A DNA stretch of 32,000 bases from NCBI GenBank assembly GCA_016699935.1, contig CP064992.1, forward strand, positions 330,001 through 362,000, read 5' to 3'. The notes under the pieces are model-generated. The model did no database searches. It worked only from the letters and a program-made list of their open reading frames with translations, and was not told the origin of the DNA. Below, piece after piece: positions 9,441 through 19,092 of this stretch. The position numbers and the translations under genes are program-made. How positions within the stretch are numbered: position 1 is the stretch's first letter; each line of letters opens with the position of its first letter. Origin of the DNA: Candidatus Saccharimonadota bacterium (GTDB lineage: Bacteria > Patescibacteriota > Saccharimonadia > Saccharimonadales > UBA4665).

Positions 9441-11136
9441 CTAGTTCGTATCGGAATTGTTCGTTTTGGGCACAGCGTTTTCGCCAAGTATGAGGATGAA
9501 GTCTGCTGCTGGGTAACTCCTCGACAGCTTAACATCCGTCACGACGCTGGCACCATACGTTTTCTTCAGGTATGCAAGGGTGTTTGGCTTTTTACCAAGC
9601 GAATTATCTATGATGGTCGAGGTCGTTTGATTCGCCGGTGCGTCAGCCATTGCCAGTACCTCTGAGCCTTGTGCAAACAGCTTGTTCTTTGCCTGTTTCG
9701 CCAACCCAACCGCATCAGTGCCATTGAGCACTACAATCCCTGCGTTCTCTTTTAGGAGCGGACCAGCCGTGAAGATTTTCTTAATCTGCGCGGCAATTTC
9801 AGTAAAATCGTCTATGCCCGCAGCGGGGATTAATATAGACTGACCATCTGAAGAGTTCGAGTTTGCAAGCATAGTGCTGTTTTCACCTTTAAGAGTGTTT
9901 ATGTTGTACGAATCAATCTTTGCGTTATCGATCTTTTTCATATAGAAGTACAGTGATTGCATTTCACTCAACTGTAAATCGGTTCGGACATTACTACCAA
10001 CCGCGTCAACAAGATTGCTGATTTTGAGCGGGTTCGCCACAACCGATGGGCTCGATGCCTTGTCTTTTATGGCTAGAAGCATCTTGCGTTGATGCTCCGT
10101 ACGGGTAAAGTCGGCCTGGTCAAACCCGTAAGAGCCATACCCTTCGCCGCGAGCCCGCGCAAGATTAAGTGCCTGTTTGCCGTCCAACTTTACAGATCCG
10201 TTCGGGTATTTTGCGAGAGCACAGCATCGGCGAGTCGTCCAGTCTAGGCTAGAATCATATATACCATTCGGATTAGTGCTCTGAATGGTGATGGTTATGC
10301 CCCCCACCGCATCGACAAGATCTTTAAACGCAGTGTAGTTTACGAGAGCGTTGTAGTGGATACTGAGGCCAGTCACATCTTCAACAACAGTTTCAAGCCC
10401 TTCCATCCCGCTTTCCGGAAATACCGAGTTTATTTTACCGTGACCGCCTTCTGGCTTGGCGACCCATAAGTCGCGTGGGACGCTGAGCATGAGAGCAGTA
10501 TTGTTTTTGGTGTTTAAACTAAGCACCATAATTGAGTCAGTCAGTTCACCGCCGTTATGGCCAAGATCATCAGCCGAATTGCCCGCAACCAGTATATTCA
10601 CGCGGCCATTGTCGTTCTGTAACTCGCTGGGACGAAACACGCCCAGCAAACTAAAAGGATTCTTATTGCCCGTCAGTTTGGCGATATCTTTGTAGAACCT
10701 CGCGCCAAATGCAAGCACACCAATCAGTAGTACAATGCCCAAGAATTTAAAGAATCGCTTTAGCTTGCCGCCCTTTTTCTTGTGCCGTTTAGCGGCCTGC
10801 TTGTCGGCTTTTTTAGCTTGTTTAGCGGCTTTTCGTCTCTGTCGACGACTAAGACCTGGCTCGTCAAGAGGTACATAGTGCGACCTGCTCCCATCAAGGT
10901 GGTAATCGGCACGCTCTGGTTGTACCTGCGCCTGCGTCAAAACAGGGAGGGAGGTTTCTTTTGGCATATCTGGCAATCCTACCGTTCTACCCTGAATCGG
11001 CGCTGAATCTACCCCCTGTTTTATGCTGAGGTGGTTGGCGAAATCCAGGCTGACGCGGCTTTTGACCAGAACCGGTCAAGAAGCCATCTATACTCGTCGC
11101 CCGACGAGGTTGAAAACTGTCGTATTTTTCTGACAT
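9441..11136 (-). CDS. LytR-CpsA-Psr (LCP) family cell-envelope phosphotransferase, one frameshift near the N-terminus
   Basis: The 511-aa ORF 9441..10976 has a basic region, a TM helix, the LCP core (VNILVAGNSADDLGHNGGELTDSIMVLSL...MLSVPRDLWV) and a C-terminal LytR_C-like domain. An upstream piece MSEKYDSFQPRRATSIDGFLTGSGQKPRQPGFRQPPQHKTGG (ATG 11136) joins the ORF frame across C5 11012-11016. Confidence 0.85.
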
Positions 11137-11340
11137 TGCTTACGGCTAGTATATCATTTTGCTCCGCTCGCTCAAATTTCAATTTTATACTTTTTGATAT
11201 ATTCTGTTATTTGACGCGAAGGGATGGGCTGGCATATGAGATTCATACCTTGGTAGTGCGTAGTAAAATCTGCAGCGATGTTATCTCCACGAGACCACCA
11301 GGAGACGCTACCATCCCCTTCCCTGTTTTAGCGTAACGTA

Positions 11341-11378
11341 GCAAAAAGCTTTCAGCGCTATGGCTGAAAGCTTTTTGC
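11341..11378. terminator. Bidirectional Rho-independent terminator
   Basis: Perfect 16-bp inverted repeat GCAAAAAGCTTTCAGC / GCTGAAAGCTTTTTGC with a 6-nt loop. A-run and T-run arms give a U-tract in both orientations. Confidence 0.7.
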
Positions 11379-11392
11379 GGCGCGCTGACGAA

Positions 11393-11563
11393 TTACAGTA
11401 GCTGTAATTCTTCGTCAACAGCCAGTATGGCGGCGTCGCTGCATGGTACCAGCTCGTACGCCAGTCCGTCTTGTATGGCGAACAACATGTGCCGCACCCT
11501 TTCTTTGTAGAGCAGAGAATTTTTTGTTGCTTCCCTGCTCGATTTTTGTATTTGTTGTAGCAT
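11393..11563 (-). CDS. Small hypothetical protein (56 aa), weak call
   Basis: ATG 11563 opens MLQQIQKSSREATKNSLLYKERVRHMLFAIQDGLAYELVPCSDAAILAVDEELQLL, ending at TAA 11393-11395. It is below the ORF-track size cut-off. The only support is the strong terminator 15 nt downstream. No family was recognised. Confidence 0.3.
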   Translation of the reverse strand: MLQQIQKSSREATKNSLLYKERVRHMLFAIQDGLAYELVPCSDAAILAVDEELQLL

Positions 11564-11907
11564 AAACCTACCCTGCTATTCGCTCTGTTTTGGAGTTTGT
11601 AAGGCCATTTTAGGGTGGCCTGAACAATACTCCGTGCGACTGTTTAGGCGCATGAGCAAGCATGGGTATCTTTCTTTCGGCTACTTAAGCGTTCCAGATT
11701 TGGCACGGCTAAATAGTGCTCGTTTGCCTTTTTGCGGGCTTGCGAGTTCGGAGAAAGATGGTTGGTTTGTACTGTTTGTTTTTTGAGTGCGTATTTCGTA
11801 ATGTGCACTCTCCAAACTAGTAGTCATTATAGCAAAATACTTACGTTTTGTCAATATTTATTATGCAGATTATTTACTTAATGGCTTTATTATGCTATAA
11901 TTAACTT

Positions 11908-12911
11908 ATGCCCGAATCTATTACGTTGCCTCCGCTCGTAATCATCCCATCCGTTGCAAGTATCGAGAGCGTGGCACAGGAATATCTGAACAATCCTAAT
12001 CCTGATGCACTGGTTGTCCGCGAAGCACCCATAACGCAACGATTCGTAGATATGAATATGCTTTTTACTGACGCTGATGGCACATTCGTCCCTGAAGGAG
12101 CCACCAAATTTTCAAAAAGAAATGTTAATGCGATTGGCCATTTAGCTTCTGTCGGCGTGAGAGCTGTAATCGTCACTGGGAAGCCATTCACAGAAGTAGA
12201 GGCTCTTGCTACGAGCCTTCCGAAAGGTGTGGTCGCCGATATCATATACGAAAAAGGTGCCTATCTGCTCGAAAGGAACCGTGACGGAACCATTGCACGA
12301 AAAACTTGCTGGCGACAGACGAAGACACTCTGGCAGTTCAGTTGCTTAAAGAGGCTTTTCTAGCCAAAAGCAGCCATAGAAAGAAAGGTTGCCGGTTCTG
12401 AGGGTATATTTTGGGCTGGGGCGGACAAGGTACACACCAGAGCATGATGAGTATCGATGTCCTCAGTGCTTCGGCGCCGCAAAACTATCTAGCACTTATG
12501 GGTGCCAAACGTGATGCGCTCAAAATTAAGGATCCCGAAATTCTACAAGCCTTAGAGCAGGAACTGACCGCCTTCGTTAACGAGCACGTACCAGGCTGGA
12601 GCATAGTCAACCTCGGTAATGCAAACTTCGAAATTACACCTAAGGCAATCGAAAAAGACGCCGCCATACGGGCCACGAGTTGGTATCGTGACGTCTCTGG
12701 AGTGCTAGTGCTAGGCGATAGCGCCAACGACAAAGCCATGTTTACTATGAAAAATGACGCGGAAGTTTCCGTTACCGCTGGGTTGGTTCTGCACCGCGAG
12801 GCTTCTCTGTCACTAGTTGATGGGGTTGACTGCGTGTCTTTTGGCATGGCAAATGCTTACCCTCACCTCCGCCTGCTGTATGCTCAGAGAAAACACCTAC
12901 TTCGTAACTGA
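11908..12911 (+). pseudogene. HAD-IIB (Cof-type) phosphatase, >=2 frameshifts
   Basis: ORF 11908..12363 carries motif I FTDADGTF and VIVTGKPF. ORF 12411..12911 carries motif IV GDSANDKAMF. The linking cap region reads sensibly only by switching frames at A5 12300-12304, near 12353-12370 and near 12430-12445. TATAAT 11896-11901 lies 6 nt upstream of the ATG. Confidence 0.8.
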
Positions 12912-13031
12912 CCCACGCTCACTTTTATCACATTGTCATTCCGACCGAAGTGGAGGAATCTCGTCAGATACTAACACGGACGGGATCTTTCGGCTTTGCT
13001 CAAGATGACATCAAAAAGTGAGCGTGGGTCA
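12909..13031. repeat. Nested-hairpin intergenic repeat element, copy A
   Basis: Perfect 18-bp terminal inverted repeats TGACCCACGCTCACTTTT (12909-12926) and AAAAGTGAGCGTGGGTCA (13014-13031). They enclose the imperfect inner palindrome TTGTCATTCCGACCGAAGTGGAGGAATCTC...GGGATCTTTCGGCTTTGCTCAAGATGACA. It is homologous to 19093-19244. Confidence 0.75.
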
Positions 13032-13056
13032 GACTTTTCCCGCTAAGTGCGTAGGC

Positions 13057-13062
13057 TATACT
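13057..13062 (+). promoter_or_regulatory. -10 box (TATACT) 6 nt upstream of the EamA start codon (leaderless-type promoter; representative of >=15 in the window)
   Basis: TATACT 13057-13062, then spacer TAACTA, then ATG 13069. There is no Shine-Dalgarno. Confidence 0.5.
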
Positions 13063-13068
13063 TAACTA

Positions 13069-13932
13069 ATGGATATTTGGCTGGCTTGGGTGGCCGCAAT
13101 CGTGACTGGCGTGGAGGCTATTGTCATTAAAATGGCGAGTAAATCACTCGTGCGAAGCCCGTGGCTATTTAATATTCTTTGGCTCGGCTTTGCCCTGCCA
13201 GCCATTATTGTCCTTGCCGTATTGCGTGGGGGCGGAATGCCGGAGGCATGGTTTCCGATAATACTGACCGCGCTCAGTTCATTTGGGTTTTATGTGTTTT
13301 ACACACTGTCAATTTATAAGCTGGACGTCACAACCATTTCACCGCTATTCAGTATCCGAACAGTTACGGCGGTAATCTTGGGTTTAGTGCTGCTCGGTGA
13401 ATCTATCTCTGCGCTGGGTATAGCTCTCATGATTGCTATAGTGGCAGCCAGTCCACTTACTTCCTTTGACGAAAAACTCAAATTCAGGGCTTTTATAAGG
13501 CGGCACACCCTGCTGGCCGTTGCCGCCATGATATCGCTCGCGTTTATGGGTTACTACACAAATCGTTCGGTCGCTGCTAACGGATATTCGACGACCATTC
13601 TATGGCAAGATCTTTTGACGTTCGTTTTACTGCTACCGACTATACGTCTAGTCCGTTTTGAGCACGAAACTTTCAGCCGAAAGAGTGTTTTTGTGTTTGT
13701 TGCATTAGGATTATGCTCATTCCTGTACACGGCTACCACGACTTACGCCTATGCGCACGCGCTTAGCCTCAGTTCTATCATAGTCTCGCTGCCATTCTCT
13801 ATGATACTAGCCTGGCTGCTTTCCTTTCGTTTCCCCGAACTGCTCGAAAAACACCCGCCCCGAGTCTACGCTATACGTTTCACCGGCGCGGCTGTGATGG
13901 TCAGCAGCGCCATCTGGCTAAGCCTTTTGTAG
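13069..13932 (+). CDS. EamA/DMT-superfamily transporter
   Basis: 287-aa intact ORF with about ten hydrophobic helices arranged as two similar halves, typical of EamA-domain permeases. Confidence 0.8.
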   Translation: MDIWLAWVAAIVTGVEAIVIKMASKSLVRSPWLFNILWLGFALPAIIVLAVLRGGGMPEAWFPIILTALSSFGFYVFYTLSIYKLDVTTISPLFSIRTVTAVILGLVLLGESISALGIALMIAIVAASPLTSFDEKLKFRAFIRRHTLLAVAAMISLAFMGYYTNRSVAANGYSTTILWQDLLTFVLLLPTIRLVRFEHETFSRKSVFVFVALGLCSFLYTATTTYAYAHALSLSSIIVSLPFSMILAWLLSFRFPELLEKHPPRVYAIRFTGAAVMVSSAIWLSLL

Positions 13933-14098
13933 CCGTAAAATACATAAATGAAGTAAAACTCCAATCTCTTAAACCCACATCCCAAGTGAAACCACTCTTT
14001 CCAGAAAACGGTCCTCTTAAAGTGGTGAGGACTTTCAATCAATAGATAATGAACATGCTGTTTTATTCGCTCTATCAGGGTAGTGTAAACTAAAGCTT

Positions 14099-14884
14099 AT
14101 GCTCCAAAGTTTACGTTTACCCACTGGCTCTGGCTTGGCGTTAGCTGGTTTGTTAACTACGCCGGAAAATAAACCAACGTATCCGCTGGTGATTTTGCTG
14201 CATGGTTTTACGGGGTGGAAGGAAGAGAAGCACATCGAAACGTTGGCCGAGGAGCTGGCTCGGGCGGGCATTGCCGTGCTGCGGATTGACGCCCCTGGCT
14301 CGGGCGAGTCGGAGGGTACATTTGAGAACGATTACACTATGACAAACTATATTTCGGCGGTGGAAGATGTGCTGGCTTGGGCGCAAATTTCACCCGGGAT
14401 TGACCCGGAGCGCATAGCTATATGGGGTCACAGCATGGGCGGTTTTGTGGCACTGGCTTCGGCCGTCCGCTGCCCGGCCATCAAAGCGGTGTGCTGCTGC
14501 CAGCCGTCTTCTGGACCCAAGACCATGCAACCAGGCGAGAGAGAGGCTTGGGAAAGCACTGGCTGGCAGTCTTTCAGTAACGAGCATTTTCAAAACATTC
14601 GCTTACCCTACAGCTTTTATCTAGAACGAGAAACGTACCATGCGCGCGATGAAGCACCAAAGTTGCACATACCTTCACTTTTCATAGCCGGCACAAACGA
14701 CAGGTCGGTCTCTCTGGAAGATATACGAAAAATGGCATCGCTGGCACCCGAACCGACTGAGTACCGCGAGTTTGCAACAACTCATGGCTACCACAAATAC
14801 CCTGAAGCCCTTAACGATATAACTGCCGCGACAGTCGAGTTTTTCTTGAAATATTTGAAAGCAACCTCAACAACCAAAACGTAG
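14099..14884 (+). CDS. Alpha/beta-fold hydrolase (serine hydrolase)
   Basis: 261-aa intact ORF with an oxyanion-region HGFTGWKEE and the nucleophile elbow GHSMGG. Downstream D and H candidates are NDRS and TTHGYH. TAAACT 14086-14091 lies 7 nt upstream of the ATG. Confidence 0.85.
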   Translation: MLQSLRLPTGSGLALAGLLTTPENKPTYPLVILLHGFTGWKEEKHIETLAEELARAGIAVLRIDAPGSGESEGTFENDYTMTNYISAVEDVLAWAQISPGIDPERIAIWGHSMGGFVALASAVRCPAIKAVCCCQPSSGPKTMQPGEREAWESTGWQSFSNEHFQNIRLPYSFYLERETYHARDEAPKLHIPSLFIAGTNDRSVSLEDIRKMASLAPEPTEYREFATTHGYHKYPEALNDITAATVEFFLKYLKATSTTKT

Positions 14885-14892
14885 CAAGACGG

Positions 14893-16047
14893 TTGCGGCC
14901 ACTTTATTTTGCGGGTTTTTTGCAAAGTTTTGTACTGTGGTATGCCGTAGAAAACTATTTATGAGGAGTATCGGGTTTGATGATGCAGACATTGGTCTCA
15001 TGGTGGCTGTGTATTCCGCAGCGATGCTGCTCATAGACATACCTTCAGGTTTGTTGGCAGACCGGTGGAGTCGAAAAGGCGTACTCGCGCTTGCCAGCGT
15101 AGCCCTGGCAGGAGCAGCCCTAGTGGGCGGCATGAGTAATAGCATAGAGATGTATCTTTTTGTGCAGTTTTATGGGGGCATTTTACGCTTGCTATTCTGG
15201 TATGTACGAATCCATAGTGTATGACACGCTGGCAGAAGAAAAACAACCTGCTGCACTGTACCGGAAAGTGTACGGTAGGATCCAAATAGCCGACAGTGCC
15301 GGCTTGGTCGCGGGCGGCCTAATAAGCGTAGCTGTATCGACACAACTAGGATTGCGCGAAACGTATTTTCTATCCATACCTTTTGCGCTCCTTTCTATCG
15401 CTGCGTTACTTCGCTTTTCGAGAGCCTAGCCTACATAAGAACGGTGAGCGGCACAGCGTACTTATCCAAATTCGCCGTACCTTTCACGCAATTATCCGTA
15501 ATAACCGTGCGTTGCCAGTGGTTATCTCACTTGTGCTAAAGTCTACCGTGCTGTTTATGATGTTTGAGTTTGCGCAGTTATGGCTGATTGCGCTTGAGGC
15601 ACCAACTGGGTTTTTCGGGTTTGCAGGTGCACTTCTTTACGCGGCAATTGGGTTTGGCGGCTGGGGTGCCCAGCATTTGCACATGGCTTCGTCAAAGCGA
15701 GTCACCGCCACGCTTTTTCTATGCTAATTAGCACGGGCGGGCTCATCGTAGCACAAAACATTGTAGCGGTTGCGCTGCTGCAGTTTGTCTTTGTCGGTTC
15801 GGCAGTCGCGCTCGCCGTGGCGCTCTCAAACATGCTCCATGATCTTCTGCCATCAAACATCCGTGCCAGTGCTGCATCTGCTACTAGCACACTCGGTCGC
15901 CTGCTTATCATCCCTTTCGCCCTGCTTTTTGGCTATGTAAGCGAACAGACCTCAGTCTTTTCCGCCACGTACATTCTCTTGGCTCTCATACTCGGCTTGA
16001 GCTTCTTTGTATGGTTGAGTTTGAAAATATCTAAGCGCACTGAATAA
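14893..16047 (+). pseudogene. MFS transporter broken into >=5 frame segments
   Basis: ORF-track pieces are 14937..15224, 15160..15429, 15383..15727 and 15721..16047, plus an N-terminal piece from TTG 14893. They concatenate to ...RPLYFAGFLQSFVLWYAVEKLFMRSIGFDDADIGLMVAVYSAAMLLIDIPSGLLADRWSRKG... followed by 10-12 TM helices. Frame switches localise to A4 14951-14954, G5 15174-15178, T4 15415-15418 and T5 15714-15718. Confidence 0.8.
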
Positions 16048-16051
16048 TTAT

Positions 16052-16124
16052 CGGGACCAGGATAGCGCTCCGCTTTTCCGCTGCGGCATGCTCGGAATAA
16101 ATTCCTGCGCGTGTCCTCGCTCCA
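16052..16124. repeat. 73-bp direct repeat DR1 (left boundary of the Fic cassette)
   Basis: CGGGACCAGGATAGCGCTCCGCTTTTCCGCTGCGGCATGCTCGGAATAAATTCCTGCGCGTGTCCTCGCTCCA. It is 71/73 identical to 17696-17768 in the same orientation. Confidence 0.9.
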
Positions 16125-16405
16125 TTCACACTGGAACCTTATCTGTAACGAGCTGTTTCGCTGGAAGCAGTTACTAGGTCATTAACTCAGTTACAGTACT
16201 CTGGCAGTCGGGGCTAGGACTGTCCGAGCGTAGCGACTAGGCTTTCTATTCCAGCAACCCACTTCCTCCACCTTAAATACTTATTGTGCTTACATCCTAA
16301 AACAACATATCTTACATGTTTATTTTCTTTATGTATCATACAACAGATTGATATAGACTATTATGCTTACATAATTTATAATGTGGATAACAAAAAGGAT
16401 TAAGT

Positions 16406-17603
16406 ATGACTCACATCAAAGACGCTCATGCAAAGCTATTTACACTTCCTATTCCCTCCTCAATTCAGAGATAGCGGGTCTTGTAGTTCAGCTTGAAACG
16501 CTTAGAGGCAGGAAGCTAAGCGGCACCACTCCTCCATGGATATTCTTCGGGGTCAAAAACCTTTCCAGACGGTGGAGAGTGTGATTTCGACGCATATCGA
16601 GGGCAATAACACTAGTATAGCCGCTTATGTTGAGGCGGCTCGTAATGCAAAGAAGAATATTGACCTCGACCAGAAGATTAAAATGATTCTTAACCTAGAG
16701 AAGGCTCTTAAGGATATCGAGAAGGAAGTCACATCGGATACGGACTTCGATAAAGCTTTCGTTCTTGACCTTCATAAAAAGGTAGTAGATGGTCTAGACA
16801 CATCTCAGGATGGTGAGGGCGACACTCGTCCTGGTGCATACCGAAATGCATTCCGCGCTATACAGAACTCTAAACACGTCCTTCCGCAGCACACAGATGT
16901 CCATGACCACATGGAGCAGCTTATAAAACTAATAAACACTCCAGTGCCTCACGCCATGGAGCTAATCAAAATTGCTATTGTGCACCATAGGCTTGTATGG
17001 ATACACCCTTTTGGTAACGGCAATGGGCGGGTGGTTCGTTTACTAACTTACGCGATGCTGGCAAGGGCGGGTTATATCGACAAGGATGGTGCTCGGCTTC
17101 TAGACCCAACCGCGGTGTTCGGCTCTAACAAACTTACTTACTACGACAAGCTCTCTGGTGCCGACGATCTCAGTGAAGAGGGGGCTAGTGGCTGGTGCGA
17201 GTATATGCTGTCTGGGCTCACCCACGAGATTCATAAAATCGACCGACTACTCGACGGAGACTTTACGAAGCGAGAGATTATTGTTCCGGCAATAACGTAT
17301 GCACATGAGAAGCAGAAGATTACAAAGCTTGAAAGAGATATGCTGATGGTTTGTGTTGAGAAAGACCTGGTTGCTGCAAGTGACTTTCGCGATTTGTTCC
17401 CTGCCAACACCTCTCACGTCCGTATTTCTCAGGTGATTAATAAGCTTAGGGAACAGAACCTTATTGAACCGCAGTTACCAGGAACAAGGAAGTACATGCT
17501 GTGCATGAACAACAACTTGCTTACTACCGGCATACTAAGAAAGCTCGATGAGCATGGCTTCTTGCCACCAATTCAGCCTGGCGTGACGAACCAAACAGTT
17601 TAA
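16406..17603 (+). CDS. Fic family protein (AMPylase-type, class II with N-terminal inhibitory helix, C-terminal winged-helix-like region); two frameshifts in the first ~45 codons
   Basis: The main ORF 16536..17603 (355 aa) has the Fic active-site motif HPFGNGNGRVVR (17004-17039) and the inhibitory S-x-x-x-E-G motif STHIEG (16587-16604). The N-terminus (MTHIKDAHAKLFTLPIPSS... from ATG 16406, then ...EIAGLVVQLETLRGRKLSGTTPP) lies in two other frames. An AAGGA Shine-Dalgarno lies 6 nt upstream of ATG 16406. Confidence 0.88.
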
Positions 17604-17695
17604 TGTCAAACGGTTATATAGTAAACATGACAAAATATTTACAGATGTATTTCAAACAAAAAAGACCCCATTAACTGAAAACTCTTTCTTGGTTG

Positions 17696-17768
17696 CGGGA
17701 CCAGGACAGCGCTCCGCTTTTCCGTTGCGGCATGCTCGGAATAAATTCCTGCGCGTGTCCTCGCTCCA
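17696..17768. repeat. 73-bp direct repeat DR2 (right boundary of the Fic cassette), overlapping a 20-nt copy of the tRNA-fMet 3' end
   Basis: It is 71/73 identical to DR1. 17688-17707 (CTTGGTTGCGGGACCAGGAC) is an exact copy of 17864-17883, which is the last 17 nt of tRNA-fMet plus 3 flanking nt. Confidence 0.9.
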
Positions 17769-17828
17769 CCGAACCAGTGACCACGCACGCGTTCGCGTGC
17801 TAGTCCCAGGTTCGAGGCTTGGCCAAAA

Positions 17829-17868
17829 CCAAGTAAAATACCCTACGAAAGTAGGGTATTTTACTTGG
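17829..17868 (-). terminator. Rho-independent terminator of tRNA-fMet
   Basis: Perfect 18-bp stem CCAAGTAAAATACCCTAC/GTAGGGTATTTTACTTGG with a 4-nt loop. On the minus strand it begins at the tRNA CCA and is followed by TTTTGG. Confidence 0.7.
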
Positions 17869-17938
17869 TTGCGGGACCAGGACTCGAACCTGGGACCTCA
17901 TGGTTATGAGCCATGAGCTGCCGCTGCTCCATCCCGCG
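17866..17938 (-). tRNA. tRNA-Met (CAU), initiator (fMet) type
   Basis: The minus strand reads CGCGGGA-TG-GAGC-AGCGGCA-GCTC-ATGG-CTCATAA-CCAT-GAGGTC-CCAGG-TTCGAGT-CCTGG-TCCCGCA-A-CCA. It has the C1xA72 mismatch and the CGCGGG...CCCGCAACCA ends typical of bacterial initiators. At 73 nt, the anticodon arm looks 1-2 nt short, possibly another indel. Confidence 0.8.
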
Positions 17939-17994
17939 GCGACTAAACGGTTCTAAACGTTGATACCAAGTTTAACAGAGGTGCCATGAGAAAG

Positions 17995-18978
17995 TCAAAT
18001 CAGCGCAGCACACGTACCTGGTGAAAATTTCTTGCCCGGTAAACCCGTTATATTGACTGGCTCCCAAGAAAAATTCGCGACTTCGAGTTGCTTTGGCGTC
18101 AACACTTGAGGGCGATACGTTTCACCCATAGGCATCAATGCACCGGCACCAACCCAATATTTTGCGACCGTGGCTTTCGTGGAACCAACCGCCAGTGGCC
18201 GGCCACGTTCAAATGGTTGCGTAAAAGCAATGATTTTATTTGTTTCTGGCGCGTAATAACCTGTTTCGTTACGAGCAAGATAATAGGCCCTGTGCACTAA
18301 TTCGACTTTTTCGCGCCAGAGCGGATCAGCCAACTGCTGTGGTGTTGTACGAGTATTAAGTTCAACAGATGCTTTTGGCTTTCACTTAGTTGGGGTAAAC
18401 CATCTGGGGCGATTTCTCTAGCTTCGATATATTCCGCTCAAGTGAATTCTCGTAGTCCGTACGTGATGCAAACAGACTACCTACACCTGTATGGGTCATG
18501 CGTAAATTGTTGGGCTGAAGAGGTCGTAGGCACGATAGCACCGTATCGCGACTATCGCGATATTTCTTCACGTCTTCTTCAGACACATTGTTGAGTCTGG
18601 GCACAATGTAGTCGTCAAGCAGAAAGTCGAACCACACTCCTGGTTGATATACCTTACAGATCGGTTTTATCCACTGTGTGAAGTACAGGTATGCAAATAC
18701 TTCGCCCAATCTGCCTCTGGTGATTCTTCGAGCCGCCAGAGCTTGTAGCATCCGCCAAAAAACACGATTTTTATCGGCTCATTCGCTGCGACACTAGCGG
18801 CTATGGATTTTTGTATGTGAGCTACATATTCGTCGTTAAGAGTATACTTACGAAACTTTTTGGTCGTGAGCAGTCTATACAAAACATGTGTTAATTCTGC
18901 ACGACTGGCAGGTTTTTCCACCTCTGATGGCAAAGTTATACGTGTAAATAATGATTCTATGTATTCTTGTGCGGTCAT
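17995..18978 (-). pseudogene. Hypothetical protein (~325 aa) broken into >=4 frame segments
   Basis: ORFs 18667..18978, 18386..18751 and 17995..18333 read through as one protein. The reading is MTAQEYIESLF...IKIVFFGGCYKLWRLEESPEADWAE / VFAYLYFTQWIKPICKVYQPGVWFDFLLDDYIVPRLN...LERNISKLEK / EIAPDGLPQLSESQKHLLNL / NTRTTPQQLADPLWREKVELVHRAYYLARNETGYY.... No family was recognised. Confidence 0.55.
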
Positions 18979-19092
18979 ATGTATGGAGATGCGGGGTAGT
19001 CATGACGCTACCGTTATTGCCCTGCAGGCAATCACCTATTCTCGGTCACCGCATCACGTATACTGTATCATATCTGTCAGTACTGATTGGCT

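Noticed and set aside
11031-11336. 101-aa plus-strand ORF upstream of the bidirectional terminator.
   Set aside because: It overlaps, in antisense, the N-terminal extension and promoter of the LCP gene. It has no start context, and its composition is not protein-like.
12399-12401. An in-frame TGA between the two halves of the HAD-IIB gene, and a similar in-frame TGA near 18385 in the 17995-18978 gene. These suggested UGA recoding (genetic code 25/4, as in some CPR lineages).
   Set aside because: Intact genes in the window terminate with TGA, for example the ABC ATPase at 3686-3688 (the ATGA overlap with the permease start). In both cases a third reading frame gives a much more protein-like sequence across the junction. 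Two closely spaced frameshifts explain the pattern better than recoding.
14867-15911. Minus-strand ORFs 14867..15145, 15031..15285, 15192..15377 and 15702..15911.
   Set aside because: They are antisense shadows of the fragmented MFS transporter gene, with Ala/Arg/Ser-rich translations and no motifs.
17689-17916. 75-aa plus-strand ORF.
   Set aside because: It is composed entirely of DR2, the terminator hairpin and the antisense of tRNA-fMet. It is not a gene.
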